From the NCBI GenBank assembly GCA_023334545.1, contig JAADVB010000095.1, forward strand, positions 1-62,077: DNA of 62,077 bases, given 5' to 3'. The DNA comes from Salisapilia sapeloensis CBS 127946 (Eukaryota; Protista; Oomycota). The stretch's first letter is position 1, and every line of letters begins with the position of its first letter. Positions 1-13,335 of the stretch are shown piece after piece. The position numbers and the translations under genes were made by a program. Below the pieces are notes generated by a model that was not told the DNA's origin, ran no database searches, and saw only the letters and a list, made by a program, of their open reading frames with translations.

Positions 1-425
1 AGATCTTTTCGGCGGCAGTGTGAATAGCTCCCTTGAACGCACAGATGCGATGTGATGAACCCTTTTTGGATGCGTGCGAAGATCGAGCTAGTCGAGGGAT
101 GCGATGGCAATCTTGTCCGACGTTCGCTGGGATATTCTTTGACCTTCTGATAATGCTACGCGACAAGTATCTTGCTCTCTCTTTTATACATCTTTCATTT
201 GCCACAATCTCTTATACTAATATGTTGGGAGCTGCGATTGATGTTTAATTGATTGAAAGCTTTTGCTTTGTCGAGCGGAATCTTATATTGGAATGAAGCG
301 TATCCTGGTTTTCATGGTGATATGAAGTATCAAATGAAAAGCGTCTTCAAATATGCATATCAAATATAGTTGTTTATTTATTTGTGATCTTAAAATACAC
401 GATTTTCATAAAGCGCATCGAATGT

Positions 426-1268
426 TTAGTTCATGCGAATCTGCAGTGCTCGATGTTGGAGAGTGTCATAGATCGTCAATCGTTTGCTTGGATCTATCTG
501 AAGAAGTTGATCGAGCAAATCCACCAAGTCATCGTCCACCAAACTGAGCATGTTCCAAAGTTTAAGCAGTTTGCCCACTCCTCCATCCTTGATATAATTA
601 AATGACACGTCCTCTTCACTTGCCATGGGTGTGAGTTGAGACCCAGTTAACATGGCAAAAAGGATGACTCCTAGAGACCACATATCGGCCGCTCGAGGAT
701 CGTAGTATTTTTCGGCCACAACTTCCGGTGCCATCGTATACGACTTACCCACTCGTCCTTGGCACATTCGTTCAGCGTTCACACACAGACCAAAGTCAGC
801 AATCTTGCAAGTCTTTCCTTGGAGAAAAATATTTTCAAGAGACAAGTCTCGGTGTGCCAGTCGGTACGAGTGAAGGTATTGAACTCCACTGGCGATTTGT
901 CGAAACAGGAGTTTTGTCGTTGACGTAGGAAGTCTGTTATCTTGAACGGATTGCAGCGTAGACATCAAATCACCATTCTCGCAGTATTCCATCACTAGGA
1001 ACCAGTACTCATCTTGCTCGAACTCGTGGTAGAATTGCAGTACATTGGGATGGCGCTCGAGTTGCGTAAGTGCAGAAACGACTAATCTTTCGACCGATGG
1101 ATTATCCATTTGTGGAAACGTCTCCAACGCCGTTCTTGCTTCATGTAGTGATACTTGTTTGACAGCTACGAGTCGGTTCTGGTGCTTGGTGTCTTTGCAC
1201 AGCCACACATCGCCGTACAGTGCTGTCCCAAGAGACCGTTCGATAGTGTAGCGAGCTCGGTATGACAT
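426..1268 (-). CDS. Ser/Thr protein kinase, CAMK-like (oomycete-type HRDLSLEN subfamily), ~280 aa
   Basis: VAVK, HRDLSLEN, DFG, APE and DMWSLG motifs; first ATG at 1268 (ORF-track start is a TTG). Confidence 0.9.
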   Translation of the reverse strand: MSYRARYTIERSLGTALYGDVWLCKDTKHQNRLVAVKQVSLHEARTALETFPQMDNPSVERLVVSALTQLERHPNVLQFYHEFEQDEYWFLVMEYCENGDLMSTLQSVQDNRLPTSTTKLLFRQIASGVQYLHSYRLAHRDLSLENIFLQGKTCKIADFGLCVNAERMCQGRVGKSYTMAPEVVAEKYYDPRAADMWSLGVILFAMLTGSQLTPMASEEDVSFNYIKDGGVGKLLKLWNMLSLVDDDLVDLLDQLLQIDPSKRLTIYDTLQHRALQIRMN

Positions 1269-3269
1269 ATTTACTCTCACACAATGGAAACTTGTGTTGG
1301 TGTGTGGATCAGTTGGCGAATTGAGGAATGGGAGAAACAAAGCTTTCGACTTTTGGAAAGCTCAAGAGACTGTCATTTACTTCGCAATTTTAAAGAAAAG
1401 GTGGTAACCGCGTGAGTTCAGGGCAGAGAGTGAAATGTAGAAACGAATTCTCTTATGCTTGAAGTGTCCTTAAGCTTTGATGGTTTCATGCAGAAAACCG
1501 AATCGTGATGGAATAACTGCTTGTGATGGATTCATGGCTATACTATGGGCCCAGATAAGCTCTTCATACATGATGCACCCCTTCGGAGTTCTCCAACCGC
1601 CGACGACGTTACAGGCTTTGCTGCATATCAAGTCTAACCTCGTGTGATTGGATCACATAGGACTACCCTTCGACTTTCTGCATGTCGCTTTTATTGAGGT
1701 TTTCTCGCATTTACCTTCCTATGCACATGTCATATAAGTTTGATGAATATATTCTACCAAACAATGGCTGATGGTATCTTAATTATTTTTGCGCAAGCGC
1801 AATGAGGCGACAACGAGATCTTAGGCATTCTAGAATCGCCTTCGTCGCTTATTGTCGAGCTTCTTACGTTCAGCGAGTCATAACTGTGCCATTGAAAGCC
1901 TACGCCAAGAAGCGTTCTTGTTCGATGAGCGAAGAAAGTTGCGAGACTTTCTTAATTTGACTGTGTACACTTGACCGAGAGCACGAGGCAACAAGAGAAT
2001 GCTTGACAAGAAGCGGAAAGACGGAAAAATATTTTCTTCCAGGCAACATTAGTTTCAATTCGCTTCATAGGTCATTCTTCTTCCAGATTTTAGGTCCATA
2101 CCGGCGATTGCGCTCCGAAAAAGATCTTATGGAACAAAAGATCAGCCTATCTAAATGTGTAGACGAACTTTCGATTTTACGAAACCAGATAGCTTAGTTC
2201 GGTTTGTTGTCTCCTCTCTCTACAACATCCTGCAGGTGCTTATTTCTCGATAATTGATTCATCATGGCTTGCATTGATACTAGTTTACACGTGTCAACTT
2301 TAATTTTGCAGGCATAAAAAGCATACTAGACAATCATAAACTCATCTAGTAAAGTCTTCTTCATGCTCAAAGTAGTAAAAAATTGACTTCCATTGCACTT
2401 ATTCGCTTCGTCCATTCTTCCTATCCAGTGTAGCCGCATGCGTAGATGAGTACTACATGTATGTGCGTGTCGAGTTGATCATTCGACTCTATCGTACTAA
2501 ATGACTTTTATAGTTCCTGTGTTTTGTTCTATGTGTACTTTGGAATAGTGATTACTTCGAAGAGCTGAGCTCCTATTGATAGTTGGACACAAGGAATGGA
2601 AGCATACTACTGGCGAGCACCTCGTGTTTGTTGCTGGGAAAGTTCATTTTTATAATGTATGAGAGCTCCCAGGTTTGTTGATAGTGCAAATAAATAAATT
2701 TTTATTTGAACAAATATGCAGTCGCTCGTCAAGATGTGATAGAGATATATATATCGTCTTTGAATGCAGCTAGATGCACAATCTCGCACGACCTGGAAGT
2801 GGAAAGTAATCATGACCGTGATTATTTTGTTATCCTAATTCGATCGGCAGGCTTATGCAAAAGTGAATGCGTCATGCATATACACAAACAAGCTTGACAT
2901 CAAATGGCTAGTCACATGGTCGTACTACTACAGGCGCAGCTTGTCTACAAGCTTTCTTCGCCCACTATTCCGGTCAAGATTCACCTACTCAGATCTGGTA
3001 TGAACTTCAACATTCGATAAGAATTTCTTGATTCGATTCTACTAACAAGTGTACACATTTACATTCGCTTCTTATTTATCCACCTACGCATACCGGCTCT
3101 TCCGTATTGCCTTGACAGCTTCCTTTACAACGATATACAAACATACAGCCCTCTTTATATTCTCGTGAAATCAATAAAGCTCTCATACCTCCAAAACCAA
3201 CTGTCTGTTAAACAGTGTGCTCCAGGGTACTTGAATCGTAATCTGCGGTCGAAAGATCATCGAGATTTT

Positions 3270-3285
3270 TCATTCGGCAATTTTC
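3270..3285 (+). promoter_or_regulatory. Oomycete INR+FPR core promoter of SOD2
   Basis: TCATTCGGCAATTTTC, near match to YCATTYYNCAWTTTNY, ~35 nt upstream of the SOD ATG. Confidence 0.55.
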
Positions 3286-3320
3286 TTCCAAGCACACAAG
3301 AGTCAACTTACGAAGCGAAT

Positions 3321-4004
3321 ATGGTCATGAAAAGCATGTTGCAGCGCTCTATCGCTGCTACCACTCGTCGCCAGTCGACGCAAGCCTCCCGTTCCATCTC
3401 GACGGTCTCGCTACCGGACCTTCAATATGACTTCGGAGCCCTCGAACCGGCCATCTCGGGTCAGATCATGGAACTCCACCACCAAAAGCACCACAACACG
3501 TACGTGACGAACTACAACGCCGCGTTGGAACAGTACGCGGAAGCGGAGCACAAGGGTGACCACGCCAAGATGATTGCTTTACAGCCGGCGCTCCGTTTCA
3601 ACGGCGGTGGACACATTAACCACTCGATCTTCTGGACCAACTTGGCTCCTCCGAACCAAGGCGGCGGCGGAGAGCCAGATGGAGCGTTGAAGAAGGCCAT
3701 TGAGACCGAGTTTGGCAGCTTTGACAACTTTAAGACCCAGATGCAGAACAAGACTGCGGCGATCCAGGGCTCTGGATGGGGCTGGCTCGGATACGACAAG
3801 GAGAAGGACCGTGTTGGCATCGTCACGTGCCCGAACCAGGACCCGTGCGCCACGACGGGACTCGTTCCGTTGCTCGGTATTGACATTTGGGAGCACGCTT
3901 TCTACCTCCAGTACAAGAACGTCAAGGTCGACTACCTCAAGGCGATCTGGGACGTTGTCAACTGGGAGAACGTTGCCCAGCGTCTCGACGCTGCCAAGAA
4001 CTAA
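3321..4004 (+). CDS. SOD2: Mitochondrial Mn superoxide dismutase
   Basis: [31 protein letters not shown] metal-ligand motifs; Arg/Ser-rich presequence; start is ATG 3321, 3327 or 3336. Confidence 0.95.
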   Translation: MVMKSMLQRSIAATTRRQSTQASRSISTVSLPDLQYDFGALEPAISGQIMELHHQKHHNTYVTNYNAALEQYAEAEHKGDHAKMIALQPALRFNGGGHINHSIFWTNLAPPNQGGGGEPDGALKKAIETEFGSFDNFKTQMQNKTAAIQGSGWGWLGYDKEKDRVGIVTCPNQDPCATTGLVPLLGIDIWEHAFYLQYKNVKVDYLKAIWDVVNWENVAQRLDAAKN

Positions 4005-4243
4005 ATGTCCTCTGGAGTCACATCCAAGATCGATTTCTAACTTTGACAATATAAAGATCGGAATCGACCTATGAACTTACAATACCGAGTGTGAATACCT
4101 ATGTTTCCATGAAACCTGTATCCTCACTAGTAGACGAGTATCCCTCGTCTCGTATTATACACTTCATTATATACTTTGTTACGTATGCTAATAACGTAAG
4201 TATTTCCGGACGATGGAAAACGGTCACAAAACGATCAAATCCC

Positions 4244-5560
4244 ATGGAGACGCCGCAGCTCGATCGGTCCTTTCGTGGCCATAAAGCTGGTGTCCATGGC
4301 GTATCCTTCCATCCATCGAACCAACAGATAGCTACCGGTGGAGCTGACAATAGTGTTATCGTATGGAACTTTAAACCCCAGATGCGAGCTTATCGCTATT
4401 CCACCGGTCACACCGGTCCGGTGCTAGACGTCACTTTTTCCCCGCTCGGCGATCGCATCGCATCTGCCTCCCAAGATCGAACTGTCCGTATTTGGAACCC
4501 TACTGTCAAAGGAGAGAGCGTTCGTCTCCAAGCACATGCAGCAGGTGTCCGAAGTGTCCAGTACTCGTACTCTGGCAATGAGCTCTTGACCGGGTCCGAC
4601 GACCGGTCGATTAAATTGTGGATGCTACCATCCAGACGCTTCCTCTGTTCCTACACAGGTCATCGCAATTGGGTTCGTCGTGCCATATTCTCCCCAGACG
4701 CCCACCTCCTTGCCTCCTGTAGTGACGACAAGAGTGTCAAGCTATGGGATAAAGAGACCCGACGATGCATCCAGACGTTCTATGAGCATTCTGGTATCGT
4801 CAATGACATTAGCTTCCGTCCTGGAGACGGTAACTGGCTTGCTTCTGGTAGTTACGACCAGAGTATCAACGTTTGGGATCCACGCATCGGATCTCGACGC
4901 TTGATTCAGCATTATAAAAAAGCTCATGATGGTTCCGTTACTAGTGTTGCCTTCCACCCGTCCGGTCACTACATCAGCTCTACTTCTACGGATGGAAGCG
5001 TCAAGTTGTGGGACTTGAGGGAAGGACAGCTACTGTTCACACTACAAGGTCATGACGGCACAGTCCATCGCTCGTGCTTTTCACATGACAGTAAGATGGT
5101 GGCTTCTGTCGGCAGCGATGGAGTCGTCATGGCATGGGATGCTGACATTGACAAGTGTCTCTACGGCGTCTCATCGCCTCGCTCGCAACGACATAATAAA
5201 GCGGAAGTGGCGAATCAAAACGCTGCCGTCGGGCCACTACACCCTTCGAATCCACCTACAGACGAGCCATCATATCCTCAACCAACTTGCATGGGACGAC
5301 CGACGTCAGCACCGGCGAGAACTACTTACCCTCCTACTCATCCTACGAAACACGGAGACACACCATCTCTTGCTCCGAATGGAAATCAAAACGATAATAA
5401 CAATACGACGGATGCGATGCACCACATCATGGGTCAATTGGATATGATTACGAGTACACTTCGGTCCATGGAGGAGCGACTGTCAATAAATGAAGATCGT
5501 ATCTCGGAAGTCATGGCGGTGCAAAATCGGATATTACGGTCTCAAGCTAATCTAGAATAA
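4244..5560 (+). CDS. POC1: POC1 centriolar WD40 protein
   Basis: About 7 WD40 repeats, low-complexity linker, C-terminal Poc1 coiled coil (HIMGQLDMITSTLRSMEERL); start METPQLDRSF at 4244. Confidence 0.88.
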   Translation: METPQLDRSFRGHKAGVHGVSFHPSNQQIATGGADNSVIVWNFKPQMRAYRYSTGHTGPVLDVTFSPLGDRIASASQDRTVRIWNPTVKGESVRLQAHAAGVRSVQYSYSGNELLTGSDDRSIKLWMLPSRRFLCSYTGHRNWVRRAIFSPDAHLLASCSDDKSVKLWDKETRRCIQTFYEHSGIVNDISFRPGDGNWLASGSYDQSINVWDPRIGSRRLIQHYKKAHDGSVTSVAFHPSGHYISSTSTDGSVKLWDLREGQLLFTLQGHDGTVHRSCFSHDSKMVASVGSDGVVMAWDADIDKCLYGVSSPRSQRHNKAEVANQNAAVGPLHPSNPPTDEPSYPQPTCMGRPTSAPARTTYPPTHPTKHGDTPSLAPNGNQNDNNNTTDAMHHIMGQLDMITSTLRSMEERLSINEDRISEVMAVQNRILRSQANLE

Positions 5561-5615
5561 AAAGTCTACTTGATACATTTTAGCATTTATCGATCTGCTT
5601 TGAAACGTCGAAACG

Positions 5616-8600
5616 ATGGAATGGGAAGAGTTTTATGATGAAGAGTCTGGACTACCTTATTACTATAACACAAGGTATCTTCATGGCGTATGTGATTGGT
5701 ACCATATTGTTTATAATTGTCTAGGACTGGCGAGTCTTCATGGACTAGAGGCGAGGTATCGACAGAGGAATCTGCGTGGGAAGAGATCATGGATGAAGAG
5801 ACACAGCAGATCTTTTATTATAACCGAGCGACGGGTGAAAGTGCATGGGAACTTCCACATGAATATGAGGAGGAAAATGACCTATCTTATCTTGAGTTTG
5901 CTGCTGTGTTGTTGCAAGCAAATTATCGAGGTAAGAGGGAGCGAAAATGGATCAAGAAGCTAGTTCGAAAGAGGTATAGTACTGCAACAGATGAAGACAC
6001 GCAGGAGACTACGTACACGGATCTTATGACTTATGAGGCTTCCACGACACGTCCTCGTTTATTCGACATCTTGCAGATCGATGAGGCTGATATGGGTGAA
6101 GACAATCTTTCAGACGAGATAGATGCGAACGGTAGTGAAGCTACATCTGAAGAGGATGAAGATGACGAGGAAGACGAGGAGGATTTGGATGATGAAAGTG
6201 AAAGCCAATCGACTGTGAGTGGGACTAAGAAGCGAAAGCATCCTCGATCTAAGGCCCAACAGAGAGTAGATGAAGCGGAAGATGACACAAATGGAGCCAC
6301 TACTCTTGATATGAGCAACTTGCACGCTTGGAAGCTGTCTTCACGTATCTGGGATCTTTCTTCACTTGTATCCCTAGACTTATCCAAGAATGAACTGCAT
6401 CGCATTCCGTCCGGCATCCAAGATCTCGCACGTCTCCAACGGCTGGATGTAAGCTGGAACCATCTTACAAAGCTACCCACCTGCCTCCAGACAACCAAAT
6501 CTCTAACTTATATTGATGCAAGTCATAACTGTATGGCTACCTTTTCACCAAAGCTATGGAAGCTAGTCAAGCTAAAAACGTTAAAATTAAGTTACAATCA
6601 GTTCAAGCTATTACCATTTGTCGAAGGCGATCTCAAGTTGTTGCGCGAGACAGGTGAATGGCAGGTTGCTATCGGATTATTGCAAGAACTGGAAGTGCTA
6701 GATGTGTCTCACAATGACCTTACAGAATTCCCTTCTTCACTGGATAAATGCAGCAACCTAAGAGAACTCGATCTATCTGCTAACCAAATCCAAATCTTAC
6801 CTGACGAGATTGAAAACCTACAAAATTTGTGCAAGCTTTGCATGTCAGAAAATGAACTAGAAGAAATACCTCCTACGATCGGTCAAGTGGTCAAACTTGA
6901 AGCTATTGTAGTCAATAACAACAAACTTACTACGCTTCCCACAGAAATGTGTGAATTGACAGAGTTATCAGAGCTCGACATTCGCCACAATGACCTATAT
7001 CAATTGCCAGAAGAGATGTCTACTCTACAAAACTTGAAAACAATAGTCATGGATAAAAATGAGCACTTTGTTAAGCTTGGCATGATGTTCCAAGGATTGC
7101 CTAGCTTACGAGACTATACTGCCTCCTACTGCAGCATTGCTCGCTTCGAAACCAATGAACTGTTCATGTACTCACCTCTAGCAAAGCTAAAGCTTCACCA
7201 TAATGAGATACGAGAGTTTTGCATTTCAATGCAGTTCGCAGCAATGAAAGACACCTTGACAGAACTAGACTTGGAGGAAAACGAGCTATCACGATTTCCA
7301 ATTGAAGTAGCAACCTACTGCAGCAAATTAACTTCATTGAATATTGCTGGCAATCGAATTGAAATCATTCCTCGTCACATCAGTGAGCTGAAGCTACTGG
7401 AGGACCTCAATGTCAGCAGAAACGCGATTGCAGATCTTCCAGATACTATAGCCCATTTACAATCGCTTCGCATATTCGACTGCTCCGATAATGTTATTGA
7501 GCAATTGCCGCTGGGTATTGGTCTCTTACACAATCTAAAGGATATAAATATCTCTTTTAATCAGATAAAGATACTACCAGCATCTATGCTTGGTCTGAAG
7601 AATTTAAGGTCCTTTCGAGCAACTAATAATCTGATGAAAGTCGAGCCTTCATGCTTAAGATTAGCTTTGCATTGCTATTGCGATCTTTCCAACAATCCAT
7701 TTTCTGAAATTACCGATGCCGTATCTGAATGTAAGGAGAAGCTTGCTCAAGCAGATATATATGCAAATAAGGAACAATTTCGCTCGGCTGAAGAGCTTCT
7801 GACTATGTTGATCGAAGATGGATGTATAATTCGACTTCCATATCGTGCACAAGGATACTTCTTCCCCAAAATCTATTTTTTAAGAGGGCTATGTCATTTC
7901 ATGCAGGTAATCGATGTCACCTTTCTACAGTTAGGACAGAGCTGATGTATGATATGCACGTAGATGAAAGAAGCGAAAGAAATTATGATATCTGCAAGTC
8001 CATTGGTAGTGGAGGCACAGCATGAGATGCATGGTATAAACTTGTTGGCCTATAGAAACGAGCAGTCGCAACGCCAAAAGGAATCTAGTAATGGGAATCG
8101 GCGACTACAAGTGCATAGCAGAGTTCATAACTATGAGGTGAGGCAAGAGGATCTCGATAAGAGCATAGCGATGAATACTCAGTTACAATCACAAGCTAGA
8201 GAGCAGGCACCACTTCACGCCAATGGAGCAATTAAAGACTTTCAGCTTGCCATTCAGCACCATTCAGAGGATCTGACGACATGCCACTATTTGAAAGGAC
8301 TTGCACAAATGGAAGTAGCTCAGTATATGGATGCTGTCTTTAGCTTTACCAAGGCATTGCAATCGATGCATGCCACAAGTCTATCAGATCCACAATTCAT
8401 TGTCTCTCGGAATCATCAGCTTAAACTGCCACCTACTCTATCCATATCGGGAATTCCAATGCTTTTGCAGCGAGCAGAGGCATATCGTCGTTTAGGAAAG
8501 CTGTCCATTGCTCTGGAAGATCTTAGTCTTGCTCAGGAACAACCTCACTTTGCTGGTCTAGACAACCAATTCTTACAATTTATAGAAGATACCATAGCAA

Positions 8601-9256
8601 AGTATACGTCAGAGCAGCAGGCACTTCAGACGCAGTACTTTGTCGATACAAATACACTACATCGAGCATTTGATGCTGATCCCATTCACGGTATTCCCCG
8701 AAAGCCTCGTGTATATGACTTGTACGATATTACAAAACCCAAACATCCAGAGTATGCGTCACTGGCACCAGAGGACCAATTTGCAAAGCGCTCAGATAAT
8801 ATCTATCGCACGCTATGTTCGACTCAGCAAGCAACGAAAGATGAATTTAAGCAAAAGCGAATGCAGCACCACCAGATTGTTGCTAAAAGTCGAGCTTTTG
8901 CGAGTGAAGTACGATCCTGTATGCTTATGGAACAAGAAGAGAATCGGCAGCGTACAGTTGAAAGGGAACTTGCAAAACTGGCTGAAAAGAAGCGGCAAGA
9001 AACACTGCGTGAGGAGTATGAACAGGCTATGATGGCATATGAAGAGGAGTACACGACTTGGCTCATGGGAGAAGAAGCACGAATAGAAAATGCCCGACGC
9101 AGGAAAGTAGATGCTCAGAAAGAGAAAGAAGAACAGCAAGCCGTGCTTACAAAGCGACTCGCTCGACGAGGAGGCCGACGACAACAGGCGGCAGCAGCAG
9201 CCAGCGGCACCAGAAGGCAATCAAATCGTCGATCTGTAGACAAGAGTAAAAAATGA
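5616..9256 (+). CDS. Large WW-WW-IQ-LRR-TPR-coiled-coil protein; exons 5616-5674, 5725-7906, 7964-9256
   Basis: GT-AG introns 5675-5724 and 7907-7963 join three ORFs in frame; two WW motifs, IQ-like LQANYRGKRER, ~20 LRRs, TPR-like helices. Confidence 0.8.
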
Positions 9257-9489
9257 TATCTACTGATCTCATTGTTACCTACGTGATGTTTCGTGTCTAG
9301 TATAAGATAAAAGTTGTGCAGCATATCCTTCTAGGCGGTGACGATGCATCCATTGCCCAACAATGTTTAGTGCCAAGAGTTGTCCTGAGCTTTCGCGATA
9401 GCTGATTCGCATCGTCCCTGTAAGACTTTTCCTTCTTTTCGACGCTGGCGTAGGTCGTAGTTGTAGCACACCAGGTAGCCAGTTGACCT

Positions 9490-10743
9490 TCATATGGGCC
9501 ACTCCACTTGCACTGTCAACAATTTTTCCATCATGTAATGCTGAAAAGTAAAAATATCGACGCTGAGAATGTGTCGTATGGATGCATACGAACACATATC
9601 CAGCTTCTTCTGGTGGTGAGAGTGTAGTGGTAGAATTGGCAGCATCTTCTGATATAATGGCGCTACAAGCGATGATATCAAGTGCTTCCGTGCGGCTATT
9701 CTGATGACTTTGGCTACTACTGGTATTTGGCTCCGTGTGTAATCGACCATCGACTTGAAAGGATGAAAATGGTTTGCCAGCTAATGTCGTGAAGTCGAGC
9801 TATATGTATCGTATTGAAATTTTGGCGTAGGTGTGAGCTAGAGTATAGTCGAGTGTACCTTAATAATGCAGTCAGTTGTAGATCCTTGAAGCGGCAACGG
9901 TGCAATAGAGCGTGAAGTTTGCATAATCGGTTGGTACAATTCACCCAAGTGGATCGTCAGGATGAGCTTGGAAATGATATAGTAGTCTACATCTGCATTT
10001 GCACCACGAGGCACTTGTAGCTGAATGGCAACACTACCATCCTTGGATATTAAATCGTATCGAAGTAGGGCTCCATATGCGTCTAGTAACCGCTTGCGTG
10101 GAATAAGTACTCGTTCCAATTCATTCGTGTCTCTCCCGTAAGTAAATTGACGAAGAACCCGGCGGTCGGTAGAGTTGTCATCTTCCATTGTAATGGACAG
10201 AACAGAGTATACTTTCCTGCCTCGTTGGATAACGTTCATGAGCATTGGCTTATCATCCACATTTGAAGCGTCAAATTGAATAAGGACTCCATTTGGAGTC
10301 ACTTGCGGTATACATGATGACAATCGAAGTGAAGTAAAACCATTCGGTACCTATCATAAGCATGAGTATGTATAAATTGGACGATAAGATAGCACAAGTA
10401 CATTGCCAGCTTCCGTCCAGACAGATACTGTTCTTCCAGGCACACGTGGATCATTCGTTCGGGATCGAGATACCTGAACATTACTATGCTCTTGATACTT
10501 TGCCTGTACTTCCACTTGTATCCGCCTCTGGATCCATGTTCCAAGTGCCAATCTCATCGACTGTCTCTTATACGTTTGAATCATCGCAACAATACGCTCC
10601 TTACACCTCTCGTCCGCATCCACCAGGCTTTTCATATCTTCCCAACTCAACATCGCCACTAAAGAAATCAGAATATTCCTCTCATCGTATCTATCTTCTT
10701 CTATAAACGCCCAAAACCTTCTCCATCCTCCTCTAAATTCCAT
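9490..10743 (-). CDS. Uncharacterised 4-exon protein (possible scramblase/Tubby-C-like beta fold)
   Basis: Three short GT-AG introns join ORF-track fragments in frame, ending ...HYMMEKLLTVQVEWPI at 9490; fold call is weak. Confidence 0.5.
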
Positions 10744-10939
10744 TTCTTCGTTTTGTGTCCCAATTCGTTGTCATTCCGAAATACCTTTTACCTAAAACTT
10801 CAACTTATTCGATACAAACACTAAGACAGTATCATATAAATACATCTATTGGCGACTGGTGGCAACGCGTTCCCACCATGATGGGCATTCACGAAGTCGT
10901 CGCCGCATCCACAAGCCGCCCGACTTTCATTTATCGATC

Positions 10940-12103
10940 ATGTCTACTGCTGCTGCACGCCCTGTCGTTTCCGTGCTCTCCATTGACACGGAGGCATCTG
11001 CTCCTTCCGTCACGGCCCAGGTCGCCCTCCCGGCCGTGTTCACGGCTCCGATTCGTCCGGACGTTGTCAACTTCGTCCACACGAACATGGCCAAGAACAA
11101 CCGTCAGGCCTACGGTGTTTCCCGTCAGGCTGGCCACCAGCACTCTGCCGAGTCCTGGGGTACCGGTCGTGCCGTGTCCCGTATTCCCCGTATCCAGGGA
11201 AGCGGTACCGCCCGTGCCGGCCAGGGTGCTTTCGGTAACATGTGCCGTGGCGGACGTATGTTCGCCCCGACGCGTGTCTGGCGCCGCTGGCACCGCAAGA
11301 TCAACGTGAACCAGCGTCGTTTCGCCGTTGCGTCCGCGCTTGCTGCCTCTGCCCTCCCGGCCCTCGTCACCGCTCGCGGCCACCGCATCGAGCAGGTGTC
11401 TGAGATCCCGCTCGTCCTCGACGACTCCGTCGAGTCCGTCCAGAAGACGTCGGAAGCCGCCAAGATTCTTAAGTTGGTTGGCGCCCACGACGATGTCGAG
11501 AAGGCCAAGAGCTCCCGCAAGGTGACCACTGGCCGTGGCAAGTCGCGCAACCGTCGCTACACCATGCGTCGTGGACCTCTTGTGGTCTACAACAGCAAGT
11601 CTGGCATCGAGAAGGCCTTCCGTAACCTTCCGGGTGTTGAGCTTGTCCACGTTGACCGTCTCAACCTCCTCCAGCTCGCTCCTGGTGGACACTTGGGCCG
11701 TTTCGTCGTCTGGACCAAGTCTGCCTTCGAGAAGCTTGACGCTCTCTTCGGCACGTACTCGTCCAAGTCGGAGCTCAAGAACGGCTACACGCTCCCGCGT
11801 CACCAGATGACGAACGCCAACCTTGGCCGTATCATCAACTCTGACGAAGTCCAGAGCGTTGTTCGCCCGAAGGAGACCAAGAAGGTCCGTCGTTCGCACA
11901 AGAAGAACCCGCTCAAGAACTTGGGCGTCATGGTCAAGCTCAACCCGTACTCGCTTGTGGCGCGTCGTGCTGAGCTCCGTGCCCAGGCTCTTCGTAAGGA
12001 CAAGAAGACCCAGACGGTCAACAAGAAGCGTCAGACCACCAAGTCCTCGGCCGTCCGTCGTGAACAGAGCCGTGCTCTCTTCGCGAAGAACAGCGCTGAC
12101 TAA
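10940..12103 (+). CDS. RPL4: 60S ribosomal protein L4 (uL4)
   Basis: [41 protein letters not shown]; strong codon bias; start MSTAAARP. Confidence 0.98.
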   Translation: MSTAAARPVVSVLSIDTEASAPSVTAQVALPAVFTAPIRPDVVNFVHTNMAKNNRQAYGVSRQAGHQHSAESWGTGRAVSRIPRIQGSGTARAGQGAFGNMCRGGRMFAPTRVWRRWHRKINVNQRRFAVASALAASALPALVTARGHRIEQVSEIPLVLDDSVESVQKTSEAAKILKLVGAHDDVEKAKSSRKVTTGRGKSRNRRYTMRRGPLVVYNSKSGIEKAFRNLPGVELVHVDRLNLLQLAPGGHLGRFVVWTKSAFEKLDALFGTYSSKSELKNGYTLPRHQMTNANLGRIINSDEVQSVVRPKETKKVRRSHKKNPLKNLGVMVKLNPYSLVARRAELRAQALRKDKKTQTVNKKRQTTKSSAVRREQSRALFAKNSAD

Positions 12104-12315
12104 GCGTCTAGCGAACGTCTGTACGTCGATAGTACATGCTGAAATGAAAGACATTGATCGATCCATCCACTGTTTTTCTTTTCTTTTTTCTAGGTATATT
12201 TAGTAGTTTGGATAAATGTATCGAAACGTACTTGATTGGATAGAACTGATTTTGGCGCGAAAAAGATAAATACACACCGTAACCGAAAAGATAAACACAT
12301 AAAGGAGCAGACGTG

Positions 12316-13296
12316 ATGGCGGCGGTGGATGCATTCGAAGCGCCTTGGGTCGAAAAGTACCGTCCAAAGCTACTGCATGAAGTAGCTGGGAACCAGGAGA
12401 CGATCTCTTCTCTTCGAGCCATGGCTCGTGATGGAAACATGACCAATCTTATCCTCGCTGGTCCGCCTGGAACGGGCAAAACCACGAGTATTCTATGCCT
12501 CGCGCGTGAATTGCTAGGAGATGCGATGAAACAAGCTGTGCTAGAGCTCAACGCTTCGGATGACCGAGGCATTGACACCGTCCGGTCAAAGATCAAGATG
12601 TTTGCCCAACAAAAGGTGACGCTGCCACCAGGTCGACACAAAATCGTCATTTTAGACGAAGCTGATAGCATGACTGCTGCTGCTCAACAAGCTCTACGTC
12701 GCACGATGGAAGTATTTTCGTCCACCACACGCTTTGCACTAGCTTGTAACAATTCGACAAAGGTCATTGAGCCGATCCAAAGTCGTTGTGCCATCCTTCG
12801 CTTCACTCGATTGCAAGATGAAATGGTGCTCGAACGGCTCTTGCACGTGTGTAAGGAAGAGAAAGTAAGTTATAGAGACGATGGCTTAGCAGCCTTAATC
12901 TTCACGGCCGAAGGAGATATGCGAAACGCTTTAAACAATCTCCAGGCGACTTGTAGTGGCTTTGACCTAGTGAATGACACGAACGTCTTTAAAGTGTGTG
13001 ATCAACCTCATCCGGCAGTTGTAAAAGGGATCCTCAAGCACTGCATTGACGGAGAGATCGACGGAGCTGAGCAGGAAGTGGCGAAATTGTGGAGAAGCGG
13101 ATACTCGTCGCTAGATGTCATAGGCACTATCTTCCGTGTATGCAAGAGCTATGACATGGACGAGAAGCTCAAGCTCAACTACGTTCGGTACATTGGCGAT
13201 ACACACATGTGTATCGCTGATGGTGTTGCTTCTCTCCTTCAGCTGCACGGTCTCGTCGCTCGACTGTGTAACGCCGCGGTGGAAGCGAAAGCTTAG
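12316..13296 (+). CDS. RFC2: Replication factor C subunit 2 (yeast Rfc4)
   Basis: [48 protein letters not shown]. Confidence 0.95.
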   Translation: MAAVDAFEAPWVEKYRPKLLHEVAGNQETISSLRAMARDGNMTNLILAGPPGTGKTTSILCLARELLGDAMKQAVLELNASDDRGIDTVRSKIKMFAQQKVTLPPGRHKIVILDEADSMTAAAQQALRRTMEVFSSTTRFALACNNSTKVIEPIQSRCAILRFTRLQDEMVLERLLHVCKEEKVSYRDDGLAALIFTAEGDMRNALNNLQATCSGFDLVNDTNVFKVCDQPHPAVVKGILKHCIDGEIDGAEQEVAKLWRSGYSSLDVIGTIFRVCKSYDMDEKLKLNYVRYIGDTHMCIADGVASLLQLHGLVARLCNAAVEAKA

Positions 13297-13335
13297 ATAA
13301 GAGATACAAAGATTCGTTCATTGAGGCTTGTCTAC

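Noticed and set aside
1400-3100. Long unassigned stretch (also 41.3-43.0, 49.5-51.5, 56.05-57.65 kb)
   Set aside because: Only short stop-riddled frames; no family, repeat or RNA motif recognised; needs tblastx and repeat-library searches.
3165-3320. ORF-track N-terminal extensions from GTG/TTG starts (SOD2, POC1, kinase, XPD, 34996 ORF)
   Set aside because: Eukaryotic locus; homology and INR positions fit the downstream ATGs.
10931-12166. 411-aa antisense ORF opposite RPL4 (also those opposite SOD2, DLST, RPL11)
   Set aside because: Same codon-bias shadow; coextensive with highly expressed genes.
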